Positions 13,640 through 18,949 of a stretch of 20,723 bases of DNA are shown here, one piece after another. Source of the DNA: a virus. Made by a program: the position numbers and the translations under genes. The DNA lies in the UHGV virus genome UHGV-0278151, one strand, 5' to 3'. Every line of letters starts with the position of its first letter. Position 1 is the first letter of the stretch. The notes below the pieces were generated by a model. It saw nothing but the letters and a program-made list of their open reading frames with translations, made no database searches and was not told the DNA's origin.

Positions 13640-13850
13640 AAATACAGAGTCCGACATGAAAGTGTCCGAAAATGACTTTTTCAGGCGTTTTCATGTCGGA
13701 CCTTTTACGGATTCGATATTAGAAAAAACAAATAGTTATGTTCGAGAAGTACCGACATGATTTTCCCCGGAAAATTTTCATAAATAGCGAAAACCCGCGC
13801 GCCTGCCGCCCCGTGGAAGGCCTCCCCACCGGAAGGACCCACACAAATGA
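13640..13850 (-). other. cos region (cosB with three R-like repeats, cosN, cosQ-like flank)
   Basis: The minus strand reads ...GGGTCCTTCCGGTGGGGAGGCCTTCCACG GGGCGGCAGGCG CGCGGGTTTTCGCTATTTATGAAAATTTTCCGG..., closely resembling the lambda genome ends as I recall them (GGGCGGCGACCT CGCGGGTTTTCGCTATTTATGAAAATTTTCCGG). Three copies of a CCGACATGA motif lie between cosN and the Nu1 start at 13651-13659, 13692-13700 (inverted) and 13752-13760. Confidence 0.8.
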
Positions 13851-14228
13851 GAGCGTTTATCATTAACATTTGCAGATAAGATGACGTACATCATTGAAAC
13901 GCCATTCAGCCATATACCGGCAGCATTCGTAGTTGCACTCCGTAACTCTGCGACTAAGGTTAAAAACATGGCCCTCTTTTGCCACCGGCAAATCTTCAAT
14001 GGATTTCCCCTGCCGGTTTTTTATTTTCGTCGATGCATAACATTGCATTTACATCAATAGCGGCTATTGTCATTAGTATGTTGCATCAATGCATGGGTGG
14101 TATTGGCGGTCTTCGCCGGCCGCTTCTGTGTAGCTGCTCCCTGTGACCGGTTTTTTATTTCTCACATTACAGCAACCCCTTAGAGTGAAGGGCTGCTGTA
14201 ATGCCTGTTACTCAGTAACTACCGCACC

Positions 14229-14537
14229 TTACGGTAATTTCATGAAGGCAAATACCGGACAGCCCGGATGACGAGCATCTTCTGTTGCTTCCAGCATTGA
14301 CTCACCAAACCACTCCGTCGTGGCGCGACCGTCAGCTGCTTTGTAGTGGATCAAGTACTGGTTTTCGCCATCCGCATACTGCGCACGGGCTTTAACCTCA
14401 CCCCATTCATCACTGATGCGCATCTCCACCAGTTGAGACAACTCAAACTTAAACGGAGCAGCATCAGCACCAATTACAATCGGTTTGTTTTCTGTTTTTC
14501 CATCATCGTCTCCTGATATCGAAGCCCGTCGCCGCAC
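14229..14537 (-). CDS. Hypothetical late-region protein (about 102 aa); start uncertain
   Basis: ORF between the lysis cassette and cos on the late strand. It has no in-frame ATG near its 5' end (GTG at 14535-14537 without a clear Shine-Dalgarno). A strong AGGAG+ATG lies in the +1 frame about 40 nt inside, next to an A-run. Confidence 0.5.
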   Translation of the reverse strand: MRRRASISGDDDGKTENKPIVIGADAAPFKFELSQLVEMRISDEWGEVKARAQYADGENQYLIHYKAADGRATTEWFGESMLEATEDARHPGCPVFAFMKLP

Positions 14538-14677
14538 CGGGCACTGATCAACATTTGAGTATTCGCGGCGACAGAAAGAATTTATTTTATTGAATAGCCA
14601 CTAACACAGAATTTCATGCTTTCCGGACGCTGGCGCGCCCTTCATTTTTCAGCAAAATATTCCGCTATTACAGATGA

Positions 14678-14860
14678 TCAGTTCTGCAGACACTGCCGAA
14701 CGCCATCGATAAGCTGGCAGACCTGAGAAGCCGTATCGAAAAGCTGGCGCGCCTTATCCAGGCTGACGCATCCCACCAATAAAAAAGGCACCAGTATCGC
14801 TACCAGTGCCCATTTCGCCGCCGTTCGCGGCATTCTGTGTGTCCAGTGTTTTCTGCTCAT
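14678..14860 (-). CDS. Small predicted lipoprotein following the endolysin (possible outer-membrane spanin-like component)
   Basis: From the internal ATG the translation is MSRKHWTHRMPRTAAKWALVAILVPFLLVGCVSLDKARQLFDTASQVCQLIDGVRQCLQN. It has a positively charged N-terminus, a hydrophobic stretch and an LVGC lipobox, leaving a mature peptide of about 30 aa. No overlapping or adjacent inner-membrane spanin-sized ORF is present. Confidence 0.5.
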   Translation of the reverse strand: MSRKHWTHRMPRTAAKWALVAILVPFLLVGCVSLDKARQLFDTASQVCQLIDGVRQCLQN

Positions 14861-14874
14861 AACACACCTGGTTA

Positions 14875-15261
14875 TCAGCGTTTCAACTGAAAGTGAGGCC
14901 CGTCTTTCAGTGTTTTCCAGTCCCCACCCCATTCGATGGCAGTTCCCAGCTCTGCGGCAGCCTGCTTAAATGCCTGCGCGATTTTCTCGTACAGAGGCCA
15001 GTCCCATGACACCTGGCTGCCAATGTAGGCCACAACATCCACCGCATCACCTGTAAGGTGGCGGCTGTTCATGGTCTGGCTTTTCCCTGCCGCTACCAGC
15101 TGTTTCTGGCGATACTTACTGCGCAGACCTTCCGTGATACCAAAATCAACCTCCGTCAGCTCCAGCGCACGGCGAACGACAGCAACCAGCTGTGGTTTGA
15201 CGCCCTCCAGATTTTTTTCACTGCGACGGCTGAATCTGAATTTACCCGGCATCATATTCAC
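14875..15261 (-). CDS. Endolysin, peptidase M15 family (L-alanyl-D-glutamate endopeptidase type)
   Basis: About 128 aa containing NSRHLTGDAVDV and DGPHFQ, which fit the zinc-ligand motifs of M15/VanY-type phage endolysins. It directly follows two membrane-protein genes and overlaps the stop of the upstream one (GTGA/ATG). Confidence 0.8.
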   Translation of the reverse strand: MNMMPGKFRFSRRSEKNLEGVKPQLVAVVRRALELTEVDFGITEGLRSKYRQKQLVAAGKSQTMNSRHLTGDAVDVVAYIGSQVSWDWPLYEKIAQAFKQAAAELGTAIEWGGDWKTLKDGPHFQLKR

Positions 15262-15533
15262 CTCAACAATGGAAAGATTTTTGTGACGTTCCCGCGTGCG
15301 CGTATCACCAGCACGCAGAACAGCAGGTTAAAAAACACTTCCAGCCAGCCCGTTGCTAACGGGCGACCACACAGATAGCTGAGGGGCGCAAAGGCATACA
15401 GCAGCATCAGCAGCCAGGCCAGCCATGACATCAGCGGTTTGTGTCTGGAGTCACGACGACGATAAAAAAAGAGCGTCAGCACGATAACCGTGCATAACGC
15501 CACATTCAGTAATCCGGGAAGGTTACTTAACAT
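15258..15533 (-). CDS. Small multi-pass membrane protein in the lysis cassette (holin or antiholin-like)
   Basis: 91 aa with three hydrophobic segments (LLNVALCTVIVLTLFFY, LMSWLAWLLMLLYAFAPLSYL, WLEVFFNLLFCVLVI). ATG at 15531-15533 overlaps the end of the upstream membrane-protein gene, and the endolysin follows immediately. Confidence 0.6.
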   Translation of the reverse strand: MLSNLPGLLNVALCTVIVLTLFFYRRRDSRHKPLMSWLAWLLMLLYAFAPLSYLCGRPLATGWLEVFFNLLFCVLVIRARGNVTKIFPLLR

Positions 15534-15915
15534 TGCCGCCTCCTCCGCCCCGCAGGCGCGAGAACAGGCCGGACACCAGTGATGCGATATCCTGCTGGTG
15601 GATGAACGACAGAATCTTCACCGACACCACCGCCACCAGCACCGCACACAGTGCATCCGCAGATGTACCGTCATAACCTGTTTTTGATGCAATCCAGGCT
15701 GACAGTACACGCGCCCCCAGTACACCAACAATGAACGACACCAGAAAATGTGCCGCCACACGCCAGGCTGAAATCTTCTGCGGCATCGTTGCCACAAACA
15801 ACGCCCCGGCGAACGCACCAAACACAATCCCGAAATCCGTTCCGGTAAACAGCCCGAATACCGTCGCCCCGCCGAGCGCCGCAGCCGTGCCGGAACCGGA
15901 TAAGGGTTCAGACAT
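15523..15915 (-). CDS. Putative holin (multi-pass membrane protein, first gene of lysis cassette)
   Basis: From ATG at 15913-15915, which has an AGGAG Shine-Dalgarno at 15924-15928, the translation MSEPLSGSGTAAALGGATVFGLFTGTDFGIVFGAFAGALFVATMPQK... has three or four hydrophobic helices and a charged C-terminus. It sits immediately upstream of the endolysin. Confidence 0.6.
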   Translation of the reverse strand: MSEPLSGSGTAAALGGATVFGLFTGTDFGIVFGAFAGALFVATMPQKISAWRVAAHFLVSFIVGVLGARVLSAWIASKTGYDGTSADALCAVLVAVVSVKILSFIHQQDIASLVSGLFSRLRGGGGGNVK

Positions 15916-15931
15916 ACTTTTTCTCCTGTAA

Positions 15932-15955
15932 ATAAAAAAGGGCCACCAACGGCCC
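15932..15955 (-). terminator. Intrinsic terminator (minus strand) between TerB-like module and holin
   Basis: GGGCC-ACCAAC-GGCCC hairpin (15940-15955) followed on the minus strand by TTTTTTAT (15932-15939). Confidence 0.6.
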
Positions 15956-16002
15956 ATAAAAACACCCCATCAAAGGCACCCGCAGATGCCTTTTGTGTGG
16001 TG

Positions 16003-16155
16003 TTATTCAGATTTACGCAGTAAAGGCCGGAGCACGACCAGCGCCATCGCCACCAGCACACCATCTGCCAGCACCGACATCAGCCGTCCGGTGAAATCCA
16101 CCACCACTACCAGAAACAGCAGGATGGCAGCCAGCACAAGGCGCGCACTTTTCAC
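16003..16155 (-). CDS. Small two-helix membrane protein (about 50 aa), translationally coupled to upstream TerB-like gene
   Basis: GTG at 16153-16155 overlaps the TerB-like stop TGA (GTGA). The translation VKSARLVLAAILLFLVVVVDFTGRLMSVLADGVLVAMALVVLRPLLRKSE has two hydrophobic segments and charged ends. It is too short for the ORF track, which listed only ORFs of 60 aa or more. Confidence 0.45.
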   Translation of the reverse strand: MKSARLVLAAILLFLVVVVDFTGRLMSVLADGVLVAMALVVLRPLLRKSE

Positions 16156-16577
16156 AGGTACTGCTCCAGCGGCAACTGCAACGCCTGTGCAATTTTCTTG
16201 AGCTGCACTTCTTCATCAGGACCGATGCCGTCCTGGTCAGCAATATCCAGACACAGACACAGCACGTTAACTGCATCATCAGTACCGGCAACATCAGCCA
16301 GCTGACGAAGGGCTTCGGCATTGGCAGAACGCGGTGACGCTTCATAACGGGCGCGGATATTTGCACTCATTTGTGCAATCTCACCCGAGAACGGCGCAAA
16401 GGCAGGAAGTGCTGCAATGGTTTTCTCCAGCACAGCGATTTCTTTCGCATCACAGGTGCCGTCGGCGAATGCTATGGAATACGCACCCCAGACGGTCGCC
16501 TCCACTGCATCGCGGTTCTCCATCTTCTTCACTTCGGTAATGGCCTTGCGGGTTTTCTTTTTGAAAATACCAAACAT
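16152..16577 (-). CDS. TerB-like (tellurite-resistance TerB / DjlA N-domain family) protein
   Basis: 141 aa, MFGIFKKKTRKAITEVKKMENRDAVEATVWGAYSIAFADGTCDAKEIAVLEKTIAALP...DDAVNVLCLCLDIADQDGIGPDEEVQLKKIAQALQLPLEQYL. It shows the two-fold repeated pattern typical of TerB domains: a hydrophobic helix, an acidic DG motif, then E-rich and LxxIAxxL segments. Shine-Dalgarno AAGGA lies upstream of the ATG. Confidence 0.55.
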   Translation of the reverse strand: MFGIFKKKTRKAITEVKKMENRDAVEATVWGAYSIAFADGTCDAKEIAVLEKTIAALPAFAPFSGEIAQMSANIRARYEASPRSANAEALRQLADVAGTDDAVNVLCLCLDIADQDGIGPDEEVQLKKIAQALQLPLEQYL

Positions 16578-16835
16578 CGTGACTTTTCCTTTTAGTGGGT
16601 GAGCCTGCGCCCGGGGGTGACCAGCCCACAGAGAAAGTCACACTGACCATCCCGTAAGCTCACCCCTGAAAGGCTCTGTGGTTTTTGATGTGCGCCGGGC
16701 GTGGCGCAAAGAAATGAAATAAGACTTACCTGAAATTAAGGTTAATCTGAGGATTTAAACCATTTTTAAAGCTTAGTAATATCAACTCGTCTCCTGAAGG
16801 AGACAGATACTTATGATTCTTCATGGACTTTGTCC

Positions 16836-16867
16836 CGCGGCGTTAATCCGACGGCCGCGCTTTTTTT
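16836..16867 (+). terminator. Intrinsic terminator (plus strand)
   Basis: 6-bp GC stem (CGCGGC at 16836-16841 paired with GCCGCG at 16854-16859) followed by C and TTTTTTT (16861-16867). Confidence 0.55.
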
Positions 16868-16902
16868 GCGCCATATTCATCGCTAACTTACATGGCATTG
16901 CC

Positions 16903-16937
16903 ACACGGGCATTATCAGTGTCCGTGTTTCTTTTTTT
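16903..16937 (+). terminator. Second intrinsic terminator (plus strand)
   Basis: ACACGGGC...GTCCGTGT hairpin (16903-16927) followed by TTCTTTTTTT. Confidence 0.5.
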
Positions 16938-16958
16938 AGGATTCAGAATAAAAAAAAC

Positions 16959-16985
16959 CGCCCGGTGGAGGCGGTAAAGGATGTA
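16959..16985 (-). terminator. Intrinsic terminator (minus strand)
   Basis: ACCGCC-CGGTGGA-GGCGGT hairpin followed on the minus strand by a run of 8 T (plus-strand A-run at 16959-16967). Confidence 0.6.
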
Positions 16986-17242
16986 TTTCCAGGTTTTGCT
17001 TAATATATGAATAATCTCAATGTCATGGTGTTATTTACAACACCAGAATGATGCATCACCGACCCTGCCAGGAAATATAAAATCTCCGCCGAAAATGCAC
17101 CATTCTGCTGCCGTAAAAAAATCAGCACTGCGGCTACACCCGACCCCAAATCATAGCCAGAGAACAGAATGTTTTTAACAATCTACCCCCACGTAATAAA
17201 AAAATACGTCAGTGCCGTCACTATAAGGCGTATTTCAAATGT

Positions 17243-17312
<70 letters not shown>

Positions 17313-17446
17313 TGACGGTTTTATTGCCACATCCGTAACAACAGTCGACAGGAATAATATACATTCAGAATCAGCCGCCTTAGCTAATTGTGCAACCATC
17401 TGCTCTTTGCAAGTGCACTTAACGTCCTGCGCCACTTTTCAGGCAT

Positions 17447-17469
17447 AAAAAAACCCGCTCAGTGGCGGG
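17447..17469 (-). terminator. Strong intrinsic terminator (minus strand)
   Basis: CCCGC-CACTGA-GCGGG hairpin followed by TTTTTTT on the minus strand. It is near-identical to the element at 18171-18195. Confidence 0.7.
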
Positions 17470-17600
17470 ATCTTTTGATAAAAACGACAAAGGCACCATT
17501 AAGGTGCCTTTTACACAGGGGCAGCAGGCTTGTCATCACCTCATCGCTACTCCTGGCTTCCTGTTCGGAAGTCTCACAAGTCCCATCAGGGTACAGCGAC

Positions 17601-17629
17601 AGTATCAGCCAACACACTATGTGTGTCAA
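17601..17629 (-). promoter_or_regulatory. Sigma70-type promoter (TTGACA-17 bp-GATACT) with a 15-bp dyad in the spacer
   Basis: The minus strand reads aTTGACAcacatagtgtgttggctGATACT. The -35 is consensus at 17624-17629, the spacer is 17 bp, and the -10 (17601-17606) matches 4 of 6. The spacer contains the palindrome ACACACATAGTGTGT. Confidence 0.55.
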
Positions 17630-17640
17630 TATAAATTCAT

Positions 17641-17673
17641 ATCGAATTCGATAATCGTTTTCGATTATCGATA
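17641..17673. repeat. Tandem dyad-symmetric sites ATCG-N4-CGAT (x2) plus TATCGATA
   Basis: ATCGAATTCGAT (17641-17652, perfect 12-bp palindrome), ATCGTTTTCGAT (17654-17665) and TATCGATA (17666-17673). They overlap the stop codon of the PemK/MazF-like gene and lie 12 bp upstream of the -35 at 17624-17629. Confidence 0.7.
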
Positions 17674-18066
17674 CAGATAAGCCATCCCTATCCCGTGCAA
17701 TACCGCCCGTTTAATATTCTCAAACTCATCTTCCGCAATCATAGGAACAATATAATTTCGTCCCTCCCAGGTTCTGGTTTTTATGCGATCCAGTCGGCTC
17801 AATGAAACCGTCATCAACATGTCACATTTTACCCAGCAAGTAATATGCTCATTACCAGGTATGGGGTTTTCTGATAACTCATGATGGCAATCTCTGCGAG
17901 GGAGCGGTTCAGTAGTGCTTATTGGTACCACTGTTACCAATTGATTGTTGTGCCTGTTTCTGGACACGACCACCACTGGCCTGACCTTGACTATTTCCGG
18001 AACAACCATTCCCCGAAAATCACACATTAAAACAGAACGAACAGACGGCTGATACTTTAATACCAT
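17665..18066 (-). CDS. PemK/MazF-family-like protein (candidate endoribonuclease toxin), no adjacent antitoxin ORF evident
   Basis: From ATG at 18064-18066 the translation is MVLKYQPSVRSVLMCDFRGMVVPEIVKVRPVVVVSRNRHNNQLVTVVPISTTEPLP...ITCWVKCDMLMTVSLSRL...EDEFENIKRAVLHGIGM. This aligns by motif with Kid/PemK and MazF/EndoA (GDIxxVDF-like strand, VRPxxVV, N..., VxVVPITS, hhxCDQhxTIDxxRL, C-terminal helix). Confidence 0.55.
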   Translation of the reverse strand: MVLKYQPSVRSVLMCDFRGMVVPEIVKVRPVVVVSRNRHNNQLVTVVPISTTEPLPRRDCHHELSENPIPGNEHITCWVKCDMLMTVSLSRLDRIKTRTWEGRNYIVPMIAEDEFENIKRAVLHGIGMAYLYR

Positions 18067-18150
18067 AAATCTCTTTGCCTGATAATGACGACTTGTGAAC
18101 TCCACTACAAACAAAATGATTCTGCTGAACAGGCAGTTTCGCACTATACA

Positions 18151-18156
18151 TTATAA
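18151..18156 (-). promoter_or_regulatory. Consensus -10 hexamer (TATAAT) upstream of PemK/MazF-like gene; no good -35
   Basis: The minus strand reads ggTTATAATgtatagtg, 85 nt upstream of the ATG at 18066 and immediately downstream of the terminator at 18171-18193. Confidence 0.4.
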
Positions 18157-18170
18157 CCTGTTAAGCCAAC

Positions 18171-18193
18171 AAAAAAACCCGCTCGGCGGCGGG
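18171..18193 (-). terminator. Intrinsic terminator (minus strand) between the 229-aa gene and the PemK/MazF-like gene; nin-region tR-like
   Basis: CCCGC-(CGCCGA)-GCGGG hairpin followed by TTTTTTT on the minus strand. It is a direct near-repeat of the 17447-17471 element (23 of 25 bp identical). Confidence 0.65.
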
Positions 18194-18259
18194 ATTTGCT
18201 TACTTTGCCATCGAGTACAAAATCGGCAAAATATCAGATTTGCACGAAATATATGCCTT

Positions 18260-18949
18260 TTAATCTACTTTTGCAACACTTTGCTTTGAAAATGCCGTCT
18301 TTTGTTCTGAACGTGTTCTCATCACAAACAATAAAGCCTCACTATCCAGCCGGTGGAAAATGTGTTTCATTGCAACCCAGTGACCAGTAAATGTTTTGGA
18401 CCAGTTTTTTGTTGTTACTCCCGCCAGTAATGCCAGTTCCTGATATTCATAAGTTTCACGCCCAGCTAGCTCACTCTTCACATCCTGTGCCGCCAGCCAG
18501 ATTAATTTTTTCAGGCGCTCCCGTGTTTTCTCCGCAATTTTTCTGGTACCAGATTGCGCGTTAAATTCATTCCACGCCCACTGTGTTATCGCAATCTGGT
18601 GTTCCCAGCAAATGCTGCCGCTGTAACACCACAGCAACCAGGCTTTATAGTGTTCTTCAAGAGACAGAACCGCCCGTCGCCATGATGATGTCGAAAACTC
18701 AACCTGACTTACCAGAGGAATTGACGTCCTCTTTGCCAGCGATTGTTTCCCCGGGATTGGTGGATTATCCCGCGTTATCATTTTTCCGGTCACTTCATCG
18801 CGGTACCGGATTTTTTTACGCCTGTAACGCCCTGTATCAAACATGGCATTCTCCTGCCAGGCTTCAAGCTGACCTTTTGTTGCCCCACTCAAATCGGCGG
18901 TGGCAATAATGAGCTGCTCACGAACAAACTGTAAATACTGGTTATTCAT
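18260..18949 (-). CDS. nin-region protein immediately downstream of rusA; candidate late-gene antiterminator Q (assignment positional, family not verified)
   Basis: 229 aa from ATG at 18947-18949, which overlaps the rusA stop (ATGA). It occupies the last position of the early-right/nin block before the late control region. I could not recall a confident sequence match to lambda Q or any other Q family. Confidence 0.4.
   Translation of the reverse strand: MNNQYLQFVREQLIIATADLSGATKGQLEAWQENAMFDTGRYRRKKIRYRDEVTGKMITRDNPPIPGKQSLAKRTSIPLVSQVEFSTSSWRRAVLSLEEHYKAWLLWCYSGSICWEHQIAITQWAWNEFNAQSGTRKIAEKTRERLKKLIWLAAQDVKSELAGRETYEYQELALLAGVTTKNWSKTFTGHWVAMKHIFHRLDSEALLFVMRTRSEQKTAFSKQSVAKVD

Noticed and set aside
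13778-14048. Minus-strand ORFs 13778-13999 and 13863-14048
   Set aside because: They overlap the cos region and an AT-rich non-coding zone, and have no ribosome-binding sites or recognisable composition.
15618-16366. ORFs 15618-16064 and 16013-16366 (minus strand, alternative frames)
   Set aside because: They overlap the holin and TerB-like genes out of frame and span the terminator at 15932-15955. Their translations are Cys/Arg/Trp-rich, typical of spurious frames.
16813-16980. The 55-codon plus-strand ORF as a protein-coding gene
   Set aside because: The reading frame contains an intrinsic terminator hairpin and T-run, and the encoded peptide has no coherent character. An RNA product is more plausible and is reported as a finding.
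17665-18144. The 159-aa track ORF extension of the PemK/MazF-like gene, and the possibility that this protein is the Q antiterminator
   Set aside because: The upstream extension begins at a GTG that overlaps the TATAAT hexamer and has no Shine-Dalgarno; the ATG at 18066 has one. Q was considered because a promoter and short terminated RNA follow the gene, but the motif-by-motif alignment to PemK/MazF is more specific. This is kept as an alternative in the findings.
18067-18150. Small ORF upstream of the PemK/MazF-like gene as a possible MazE-like antitoxin
   Set aside because: The only candidate (about 43 codons) starts at an ATG embedded in the TATAAT -10 element with no ribosome-binding site and overlaps the toxin start in another frame.
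18196-18262. A late promoter immediately after the 229-aa gene with the 18171-18193 hairpin as its terminator
   Set aside because: Only about 65 nt separate the stop codon from the terminator, no convincing -35/-10 pair is present, and the transcript would be too short for a Q-engaged pause site.
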